Of a DNA stretch of 64,000 bases, positions 53,130 through 64,000 are shown one piece after another (position 1 is the first letter of the stretch; each line of letters begins with the position of its first letter). Origin of the DNA: Ruditapes philippinarum (taxonomy: Eukaryota); the NCBI RefSeq assembly GCF_026571515.1, contig NW_026857983.1, forward strand, positions 62,001 through 126,000. Reading direction: 5' to 3'. The position numbers and the translations under genes were made by a program. The notes under the pieces were generated by a model that was given only the letters and a program-made list of their open reading frames with translations, was not told where the DNA came from and ran no database searches.

Positions 53130-53720
53130 GTACGGTCATTCGTGGGATTATATTTGATGTCTAATTAAGTAAATGTGGGATAATGTTTTAGTTTTTAATA
53201 AGAATGCGTTCAATTGTCTGCGGGATTATGTTTAAATGTTCAATGGGTATGCGTACAGTTATTTGTGGGATTATGTTTTAGTATTCAATAAGTATGCGTG
53301 TAATGTTTTACTTTTCAATAAGTACGCGTTCAATTTTCTGCGGGATTATGTTTAAATGTTCAATGGGTATGCGTACAGTTATCTGTGGAATTATGTTGTA
53401 ATAAGTATGCGTGTAATGTTTTACTTTTCAATAAGTACGCTTTCAATATCTGCGGGATTATGTTTAAATGTTCAATGGGTATGCGTACAGTTATCCGTGA
53501 GATTATGTTTAAGCATTCAATAAGTATGCGTGCAATGTTTTACTTTTCAATAAGAATGCGCTGAATTGTCTGCGGGATTATGTTTAAATGTTCAATGGGT
53601 ATGCGTACAGTTATCTGTGGGATTATGTTGTAATAAGTATGCGTGTAATGTTTTACTTTTCAATAAGTACGCTTTCAATATCTGCGGGATTATGTTTAAA
53701 TGTTCAATAAGAATACGTAC
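53130..53720 (+). repeat. Tandem repeat, ~112-122 bp higher-order units
   Basis: CTGCGGGATTATGTTTAAATGTTCAATGGGTATGCGTACAGTTAT recurs at ~53218, 53338, 53450, 53570 and 53682. Confidence 0.9.
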
Positions 53721-54790
53721 TGTAATCAGTTTTGAATAACATACATATGAATAACATTTAGATGTAGATTTTTTTCTATTTGTTTTTGTCGTTCATATGT
53801 ATGTTTGCTTAATTGGTGTGTTTTTAGTTGTTTTGTTTTATTATGTGCGTAGTTGTTGTTTTATTATAATCAATGTTAACAAAAGTGGGAAATAGAAATT
53901 GGACAAACATAAAAACTGTTTATTTTCTTCGTTTGCTACTTTTATTGTGAAGAGGTGATGTAAACATATAAAAACATATTAAAACGAGACTGAAATGAGT
54001 GAAACGGTTGGTAAAATATTTGAAATATTTCAAGACAAATGTGTTTATAACAGTCTTCGCTATTTGCTTTCCTTTTACATACAAGGCTTGTCGGAATAAG
54101 ATGCATAGTAAAGTCGAAACAAAGGTTTAATTTGGGAGGCAAACTAACTATGACAAATGATTTTCTATACATTTGAAATATAACAGCAGGATAAGCTTTA
54201 AAACATAAATTTTGAATATTTTTATCTTCTTCTAATTTTATTTACATTTGAAGTAACACAATATACTTAAAACACATGATGTTCCTTAAAAGTCTGATAT
54301 AGTTTACATATACTCTTACTGAATATTCGAATAAGTAGTACAAGTACTTCATATTTCTATGAACTAAGAAGTATAAATAAATGACAAACATGCCTACCTA
54401 ATACTTTATTGGAGAGGTCATCAGACCTCTCCATAGTGTTCAGACTGATTGCTGGCGGCATCCATTTTTGCGTATCTGATTGCAGTGAATGAATCTCATT
54501 TTAAGCGTAAAATCATTAGGAGCAGTCTACAAAAATTGTTTTGCGCATGCCCCGTTTCAAAATACGGCTTAACTTAAACGAAAAATTAACATCGAAGTGA
54601 ACAAATCGGTACATAGAAAAATCGGAAAATATCATTTATTTACGTTACTTAACACTACGTTGATGTTTCATTCCGTTGAATCTTTTAAACTGTATAAATC
54701 GATTACCGTATTGTTTTCTATACTATTTCATGTTCTGATAAATAGTTACAGTAAACATTATAGCTACAATATCACCATGTACATTATATA

Positions 54791-55005
54791 CCGCCTCCGT
54801 GGTCGAGGGGTTAGAGTTGATGACTTTTTATCAAGTTAACTCTCTGGCGTGGGTTCGATCCCCGAGAGATGCTTTTTTTTGTTAGTTTAGCGTGGAGGAA
54901 GGTTGTCTAGTACTGGTGTAACTCTCCATGGTTAGGAAACTACCCGCCTATATGACTAAAATACTGTTGGGAAAAGGCGTACAATGAAACAAACAACAAA
55001 CAAAC
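54791..55005 (+). mobile_element. tRNA-derived SINE with (AAAC)n tail
   Basis: GTGGTCGAGGGG (A box), GGTTCGATCCC (B box), tail ATGACTAAAATACTGTTG..GGCGT..AAACAAAC. Confidence 0.75.
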
Positions 55006-56024
55006 ATATTATATGACCGAGTGAACCGTGTATTGAACCGGTATGTCTAAATAACGCAAAGGGAGATTTTTTGGCGCAAATGGCACAAATTTTACCTCAA
55101 GTTTGATTTTCTTCTAATATTGTGGTTGGAGGCATGCAGCTTTATATACTGTTTATTCCAATAAACAGTATATAACAGTATAACAGTATATAACAGTATA
55201 TACTGTTTATTCCAATCAAATGATATTAACATTTTTTATGCAAACCCTGGACTAAAATTGTTTGATTATCATACTTTATACCCGTTTTGGAAAATGTAGA
55301 GGAAATGCTTCATTATATTTAACAAAACAGTGACCGAAAATTTGCTTATTGAACTTTACTAGAAACTTTTATTTTGATACTACTTTTAATATATAATTAT
55401 ATACTTTTTCTACAAAGGGAACTGAATTTAAAATACAAATTTTAAATGATATATATCATTTAATTTACATTAAGTAATTTTACAATTTTTTTGTAGAAAA
55501 AGTATCCCTAATGCGCCAAGAAAAAAAGTCCATTACTCCGGCATATAATCTTTTAAAACATTAAAAAAGATGAAGTGTAAAACAAACTTTAATTGCAATA
55601 TATATAATAAATTCTATTTTGTTTAATAATTGTAATTTATAACCATTCATTGTGTCTTTTATGCCATATAATATCCCCAAATATTTTCAAATTAAACAAA
55701 TCTTCTACAGCAGCAAAAATACCTCTCGCATGCTTCTTTTTAAAGAAGCAAACTTGTTCAAATATAATACAGGAAAACGGAACCAGTCGAAAAATGAGTC
55801 TAACATTATCCTCTAATATAACTTACTAGCAAACATAGCTTTTTATTGTCCTGAAGATAATGGACTTGATCGTTTATCTATCAGCCCCCGCTTACATATA
55901 AACACTTATGTGCCTAAGGAAGCAATTGGTAGTTTGAAAAACTACTTATAATTATAACCTGGGTACCCATTCTAAAGATAATGTTGCTGTAAGAATAACA
56001 TTGAAGTGTAATTTGATAATTTTG

Positions 56025-56193
56025 TGTTGTATTTTACGCCCCACTAACACAGAATAGGTGATACAGCTTCGTTTCGTAAGCTAGATGGATGGCTTTCTCA
56101 TTTGGAAGCATTCGAAGACGCTGGCGCGGCTCTAACCTACAGCGATGAAGGACAAGTGGTTTACAGTGAACGACATGAACCATTCAGCCACGG
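56025..56193 (-). mobile_element. Degenerate tRNA-derived SINE
   Basis: Minus strand CCGTGGCTGAATGGTT head and ..GGCGTAAAATACAACAC tail; B box degraded. Confidence 0.5.
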
Positions 56194-59100
56194 TCTAAAT
56201 AAATAGATTAATAAATATTTCACATCTGATGTATTCGAAAGTTTCGTTAAGTTCTTAGAAGATTAGTTCCAGCGTCCATAGAAAATCCCTTAAATTAATA
56301 AAATCAAGTGCTACAAAAGGGCGTTTTCGAGAGTTTTCTTATAGACATATCAGATAAATAAAAACTGTTTATTAATAGAATGTCTTTAAACTTGGCATGG
56401 TGTTAAAACAAAAACATTTTGAGCGATAAAAAAAAGGATGGGATCACCGTTCTCGTTTTAAAGTTTTATGCCACTTAATCAGATTTGTCTATTTTTTGAG
56501 GTCATTTCAAGGGCAGATAACTTATACATACGTTAATGAAATCTTGGTTTTACTTCTGGATTATGTTTTTCTTCTTATTGTTTAGCACAATACATAAAAA
56601 ATTCAATTCCTGGTATTATTCCTTTTTTCAATGAAAGTAAAGGTACATAACATTCTAAGAGAAAGGCCGTTTTTTAAAGAAAAAAATGAAAAGGTTAAGA
56701 GAAGTAGAAAAAGAACTATCCAATCTTAATTCGTTCTTAAAATTTTGCATATTGACTAAAACGAAGGTAAGTTCATGAAAATAAGAAAGAACTAAGGTAT
56801 TGTTTCCCTTTATTGTAAATTATCTTCCCTTTAATTTAGCAAAATAGTCCAAGTCAAGGGAATAAGAACGGCGACCTCATTTTTTCTGCTTATTATGTTT
56901 CTGTTATCACATTCTACAACATGCCATGTTTAAGGAAATTCCAACGTTTCATTCTTGACTGTATCAGTCTTGTGATCAATAGCACTGGGACCTTTTATAA
57001 ATGTCATCCTGATCTTAAGAATAATTATTTGTCTGAAAATACCTGAAGATATCATGGAAATACATTTTACCTTTAATTTGAAATATCAAAATAATAAATA
57101 TCACTAAAATCGTTTTGTATAATTTTCATTCATCTATTTTTCTTATTTATGATTTAGTTTTGTTCTACTTTGCGGTAAATAAGCATATTCATTAAGACAG
57201 GGATAATCAATTGGCAGCCACTAGAAAATAATACATTGGCCTTCAAGGTTTTGAAACAGTTTTATTCTGTTCCACAAATTGTATTTAAGTATTTATCTAA
57301 TAACAACAATACAATATCTAACAAACAAGACATGTTACAATGTGTGATACACTTATATTATTAATTTAATAAAATTTGTTTATTAATTGAGTGGAGGCTG
57401 CTTATGTGGTACTTTCACAACATATTTGGGACTGTTATTTACTCGCCAGAGTTTCTAAATTGTTCCTGAACACGTTTGTTTTTATTGCAGAAACTTACCC
57501 TGGCTTTTTAGTATAGGCCATGTTCAGTTTTTGTGTAAAAGGGTCATTATTTCTAGGGATTCACGGTAAATCTAAACGTTGAATTTGTTTCCTATAATGA
57601 CCAATAGACAAACATTTTTTATAATGCTGCTATCATAGATTGTCTAACGTGAATAACATGAACACTGAGTAAGACATTTCGATTTTTTTTTTTTTGCTTA
57701 TTTCAAATAAATAAACATTAGATAAAGTCAACGGAAATATCGCTCTGAAAATAATCTGTATGAAGATAAAACTAACACAACAGATTAAATGTTTTAATGT
57801 TCATGTAACAATATAGTGCCCACACCGCGTACTTAGTGGATTTCTATCATGCGATCAGTTAGGCAACTTTAGAAGTGCGCATCTTTTAAAATTTAGAGAA
57901 TTATTGTTTTTAACAATATTTCCTCAATTTTACACTTTTAAATTTCATCCGTTATATTTAAGTTATATTATTAAAACAGTTAAAATTATTGCCTTTTACT
58001 CCGGTTGAATTTGATTAATCATTAACAAAATATAGTAAATGTTTAATTTGATTTTGATTATTTTATTATTTTTGGAAAAATGGTTGTAATACACTGAACA
58101 CGTTCTTACCTTTATATTGATTTCGACGAGATTTATAAGCATAACAATATTGATTATTCAAAGCATAGAACTACCCTGTTTAAAAGAAAATTAGAATTTT
58201 CAATAGCGTCACTCCGTGACTCTGTTGAAAGGTAAACATTTTTTGTTTTCTAAGTTTAAAAGGTTCATCCTTAATAAAATTTGAATTGAAATCTAAAAGT
58301 AGTTCAAACTTTGCCGCATTGAAGAAAAGATTATTTGGCTTCCAGATAATAGTTACGATAGAAAAATTCATGAGTTGATATACACAAGGAATGCATTGTA
58401 TTTTCTTGTATGTTCTTACTCCCTTCTTTCATCCCCTTTTTTGGGCTGAGCACGTAAATCAAAGTAAGTTAAAAGAAAACCCACATAAGTTACATCTTTA
58501 AACCCAAAACCTATGAAACCCTTTTTGCAATGAAAGATCTATCTTCGCCCAAATTCTTTATTTTGCATACCACTTTTGAAATTTTATGTTTTCAAAAAAA
58601 ACTTTTTCTTTTTAAATACCCCCTGGGGTACCTGGCGATTTTTTGGGGACAATTTTTGCTATGTCTTTTAAAATTTTCCTTGAAAAATTGTTTTACATCA
58701 GTTTTTCATTTAGTCTTGAAATTTTGGGCCCTCTACCCAAACACACAACACTTTTTATTTGTAATACTTAAAATATTTTTTTAACATGATGCGCATTTTC
58801 AAAAAATTGCCAAAACTAAACCCGCGTGAAAAGAAACCCACTAAGTCCCACAGTGGGGGCACGCACAAATAGCTTAAAAATTGTTACATTTTACTTTAAA
58901 AATTAATCTGTTAGTTAGTTTTATCGAAAAAAGCCAGTCATTTTGGGAGCAATTTCGGGGGTAATTGAAAAATTTAAAATAAAAATTTCCCCACATTTTT
59001 TTAAAATAAATTTTTCTTTCCTGACGATAAATGTTTTCGGGAAATAATCGGGGGAAAATAAACAGAACTTTTGTCAGTTCTATAACTATATCGGTTCTAT

Positions 59101-60054
59101 AACTATAAGCACAGTCCATTGAAAGATTAACTAAGGTAAACTGCAAGTGATTAACCAAATTAAGACCATTAAAGTTATACCATTATATTGTATGAGATTT
59201 TCATTTTTTATTCAAGTTTTAATTATTTATTACATTAATTATTGTTTGATTAAATTATATATAATTATGCATATGAACTTAATGATATTGCATTTTTCTC
59301 TCTCTTAAAACTTGTAAAAATATACATTCGTTTATAATAATAAAAAAATAGAGTCTCGATTTTAAAGCAATAAAGATGAAAAGTAAATCAAATAAAATTG
59401 TATTAGGTAGTTTCTTACACTTACACTTTTTTAGAAGCCTGTTAGCCTCCCGCCATGAAATAGGCTCCTCTTTACCGATTGCGACATTTATTACTACATT
59501 TTAAATTAAACGTCAAACGTACAGCCAATGAGCACGTGCAACATTTCATTTACCTGCGAGAATATGAAAAACCGGACGTTTTTCTATTGCATTTGTTAAA
59601 ATTTTGTTCGTTTATAAAATGTCTGTGTCCCTATGTATTCAGATCGACTAAAGAAAAGGAAGATAATAGTTTGGAAAATGAAAAATATGAATTAAACTTC
59701 ATTCGATTTGAAATCGACCAAAGAAAAAGGTTAGGATTGGGAAATGAATGCCGTGAATTAAACTTATCCTGTAAAGTTTTTGTTCATATAATATTAAAAG
59801 ACACACTTGAGTTATTTTCATGTAAGAATGCGTTCCGCTTCTCTCTCGATTTAACCGCACACCCTGATGCAAACTAATGAAGTAATTAACTAGACCTCAT
59901 TTACAACATCAATCACAATAATCGATTTCTTTTAATCAATTACATTTTTAAAGAATTGATTTTTTCGTCTTTTTCTTTTACATAGGATTGTAGTTTTTAC
60001 AAATATGTGACATACCATAGGCAGTGATTTGGATATACCTGTTGCGGCTTAAAT

Positions 60055-63000
60055 ATGAACTCAGTTCATAGGAAGGTAAAAGCATTTTACATGTTCTTTG
60101 ATGAATTGAACACAACTTTATAAACAAAGATGGAAATATTATCGAATATATGTATTTAAAACTGCTGTTAAAATAAAAGAAATATCGGTAAGATATTGAT
60201 GTATGTTTTTTTTTTGTAAGCCATTTATATCTTTTTATTATTTGCAGATAACTGCCGTAATAATTTTAACACGTTGCTCTCTTATTATTCGTACATCCAA
60301 GTAAATAATGCTGAATCTGAATCCAAATCTTTATTTTATACATTAATGAAATGAAATATGTCAGAAATAATATCTTTCAAATTACACCCCGCAACCTAAA
60401 ATTGCCATTCCAAACAGAATATTACTTTATCGATTTAAATCCGACAGTTAATGGTAAATATAAAATGCGATGTGTTTCCTCCGCCAGAAATACAAATCAT
60501 TAAATTAGAATTTTTTTTCCCCCAAAAAAAATTTCTGAAAACAGAAAACGTCCCTTTTTAATTTCTCCAGGGTTTCGGTTTTGGGGGTTTAAAAATTTTT
60601 TTTGCCCCTATCCGGTTATTGGAAAACTAAACATTTTCCCGAGTGAAACCAAAACTCTTCGCATTTTTTTAAATGTAAATTAGGGGAAAAAAGGGGAAAA
60701 CCAAATCGAGAGGGGTTTGGTTTTTAGGGGAACGACCCCTTTCCCCTATCCTTAAAAAAAACCCCTTTTTTTTAAATTTTTTACTCATACGGGGGACACC
60801 AAAAAACTTTTTCTTTTTTCCATTTTAAGACTATTTTTATGCGAAAACAAACCTATTTTTTAGGCGGGTGGCCCCTGAAACCTTTTTTTGTTCTAGGATT
60901 GCCCAAAAACCTTTTTTAAAGGGTCGCAAAAAAGTCTACTGATCCAGTTAATGTGTCGAAATATTCAATAACAAATCAATTCAAATTAGGTTCGTCATCA
61001 AGAAGCAAGGCTATAATGATAAAATACATCTCAATGTTAAAGTTGGAACATGTCACAATATGAGTGTTATGATGAATTCAGTCCATACTTCCATGATTGT
61101 CAAAAAAGCGTTTTACCGTTTGCAAAACTTTTTCTACTGATTCAGTTATTTTGGCCAAACATTAAATTAAAATACATTAAAATGACATTCGTCATCAAGA
61201 ACCATCGTTACCGTTACAAAAAAAATATGGACGTTTTCTTGGAAAGTGTCAAAATATACCACTTTACGAAGATTTTCGCCAAAATTTTAAGTTGTGCTAT
61301 TTTTTAGTAACAGCTTTGATAAAGAAAAAAAGTCGGACCTAGGTAGAGAAGGACTCATTGAAGCGTGAAAGTTGATATAATTTTATTTTGATTCCGGGTA
61401 CAATTTTATTAATGAACAAGCTCACATATTTGATACATTTGGGCCCCTTGTGACGTTTTTTTATATGAATCCATAAACCAATAATATCAAATAATTCATC
61501 TATTCAATGATGAAAAATAAGAATTAATTTTTTATGAATGGTCACAATGACAGCCAACAAATATCGATGTCACAGATGCGCAATATTCTATAATTATATA
61601 TATTGCCATTTTTTTGTAAAATAAAAAGGGTAAAATATTGTTTATACTCAGAAATATTTTGTGTTTATGCTGAACCCCGGGAAACGTTTGTTTAAAGATG
61701 TATCTATTTTAAAATGTTTCTGAAATGAAAAAATTTTGGGGTGAATTTATTTTTTCGTCAAATTTTGTTTCAGGGAAAACTTTGGTATTTATTTTAAACC
61801 CTTTTTTAAGGTATGTTTTTCCCAACTTTCTTGTTTTTGATAATAATAAACATAAACGGGCCCTGTAAGCTTTTATTCCCATTTGGGTAGGAGGGGCGAA
61901 GGGTTAAACATCCCAAGATGTTTTTTATAGGTTTGTTTTTAAAAAAATTTTAATTAACCCAAATAAATAAACATTTTATGTGAGTTTGAAAGAGAACTTT
62001 AAAGAATTGAAAAAAATTTCAAAATTTCAAAAAATTTAATTTACTTTTTGGTTTTTAATTAAAATGGAGCCTTTTTTTAATTCAAAGATTTTTTATGTAG
62101 TTTCTTTTTTTTTAAAAATTTTGAAATTTTTCGAAAAAATTTTATAATTTTTGGGAAACCCTTTTTTATTCGTTTTTTGGTTAAAAATTTAAATAAAAAA
62201 ATTTTTTATAGAAAAGGTCCCCGGGGCATTTCATGTGCAAGGTGTTTCCCTTCGAACAATCACTAGGTCTCACATGCCTGCACGCAATGTATGTATGTGA
62301 TGGTATACAACATTGTGAGAATGGTGAAGATGAATTGCGATCCGAATGCGGAGGAAATGGCGGTCAGCAGGTCATGGAGGTCATGGAGGTAATAAGAATA
62401 CTAAGCAGCTGTTATATGTTCACAATGGTCAAAACCATCAAAATATTACGTTGATTATCAGTTCAAATTTGTTTGATGGAGCATTAGATTTTACTAAAAA
62501 ACTTTTTTTGAAGTTTATAATTCTTTGTTTCAACCGATTTTGTAGGAAGTGGAATCGTTGTTTACGATTCACATTCAAATAACCAAGGTGAGGAGTTTCC
62601 TTTAGACCATAGGGGAGGATACTCAACGATGGCCAAGGTGATAATAAACATCATACTGGTGACGGGCATGAAAAAAAGGTCAAAATGGTGGTTAAATGGT
62701 GGCTCAAAGTCTGGCTCGAATCGTCAAATTATTATTCTTCAACAACCACCGGCACCTGCAACCAACTCCAAAAAAACACAGGACAGTTATAGGTCCCCCA
62801 CAAGGTAAGAAAGATGTATAGATATTGAATGTAAAAGAGTTTAAGGGCACATTATGCCTCAGAGATATTTTTTCAATCTTTACAATGTGTTAAAACTATT
62901 CTAACATGAATAAATTTAAAATGTATGAGCAGTTAAGCAGCTGACACGAGAATAGTGTTTGTTGAACATGCATCATGGGATAGTTTCGTTATTTACGCAA

Positions 63001-63900
63001 AAAATAAAAAGAAAATTAGGTTATTTTACTTTTCCCCTTATAATAATTAAATCACTTTTATCATTGCCCAACTGCCAAAACGAGCAAAAAGAAGTACAAA
63101 ACACATAGTTTCATCTAAGATGGTCAAATGAAAAAACTTTGTCCCCGGGAAGAAACAATAAAAAAGGGTTTTGAGAAATAATAATAAGATAAGAATTTTG
63201 GGTTTGCTTAAATATGCCTATAAAAATGATTGTTTTGATAAGCATCAAAACGTATGCTTTTTATTTTGAATTTATATGACTGTAAAATTGTCATTTAAGA
63301 TAGTAAAGAAAAATAAACATGAATCTATAAATAATTTAACAAGAAAGCAGCTATGGAACAAATGACCGACACCCGTATGACTTATATAACACCATCACAG
63401 TTATCCTAAATTCACGACCTTTCAAAACAAGTTTGAGACATTTCAAAGAATATAAATTGACATGTTACCATACCTCTGGATTTATATCATTACGTACTAA
63501 CGACTGGAAAAGATATTGGAAAAATTAATACTATTTTTTGCTTGTCTGAAAATGACGATTAAAAGGACGATTAAAATTCACATTAGTGGAATTAAATGTA
63601 TTCTTTTTCATATACATTGTATAAACAAACGATTTATTTATAATTAAAAATATTTTACAATCAAATGCTTTGAATCTTGTAGCAGTACCGGTACCAGTAT
63701 TACCTAGACCAGGATTTTTACCCCGAGCGCGTCAAATATTACCACCGCCACCACCACTAATTTCTCCCTATGCTGGCCTTGGAGGTTTCGGATACGGAGG
63801 GCTCGGCGGTCTTGGAAGATTCGGAGGTCTTGGAGGACTCGGCGGAATGGGAGGATTGGGTCCTCTCGGGGCTCTAGCACTTCGTGAAGCACTGGATTAA
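60055..63900 (+). CDS. Putative secreted LDLa-domain, Gly/His- and Pro/Gly-rich protein (frameshifts in this sequence)
   Basis: Candidate exons 60055-60075 (MNSVHRK), 60248-60300 (ITAVIILT..), ~62212-62450 (FMC..CLHAMYVCDGIQHCENGEDE..C, then GHGGHGG after a 1-nt shift), 62546-62804 (several shifts) and 63683-63900 (PPPPP, GLGGFGYGGLGG); AATAAA at ~63929. Confidence 0.6.
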
Positions 63901-64000
63901 CTGATTAAATAATGTCAAACAGAAGTAGAAATAAATAAAGAGAGGGATCATATTACCAACTACTAAGACATCTGAAATTTTATTACAACACTAAGGAATT

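Noticed and set aside
54410-54433. 10-bp hairpin TGGAGAGGTC/GACCTCTCCA
   Set aside because: Probably a repeat terminus; no partner end or function supportable.
56265-56995. Possible MITE
   Set aside because: Putative TIRs too degenerate to support.
59479-59877. 132-aa ORF
   Set aside because: Non-ATG start, no recognisable domain or splice context; probably promoter region of the downstream gene.

Overview
AT-rich, intron-containing animal genomic DNA. The repeat types (Helentron-like satellite carriers, tRNA-SINEs, Harbinger MITEs) and gene types suggest a bivalve, probably an oyster; this is inference. Contents: (1) A cluster of four TNF-superfamily ligand copies. Two are intact 3-exon type II membrane genes (26361-29987, 36153-37461). 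One is a divergent copy with stops in its upstream exons (18940-20554). The fourth is a minus-strand pseudogene missed by the ORF track (5149-16570), whose intron 1 appears to hold a ~10.3 kb Harbinger element. (2) That Harbinger has a dead HARBI1-type transposase but an apparently intact spliced Myb/SANT gene, and a second decayed Harbinger (transposase plus BESS-motif partner) lies at the window start. (3) A CR1/L2-type LINE 5' fragment. (4) An 11-exon secreted EGF x5-CUB gene whose CUB exon appears split by a repeat insertion that could be spliced out in frame. (5) A secreted LDLa + Gly/His + Pro/Gly-rich gene in an error-prone-looking region. (6) Many MITEs, SINEs, Helentron-like elements and tandem or foldback repeats. 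All gene models were assembled by hand from GT-AG sites and reading phase; no expression or database evidence was available. I found no clearly new system. The best leads are the TE-split TNF pseudogene, the candidate TE-derived intron and the retained Myb gene.
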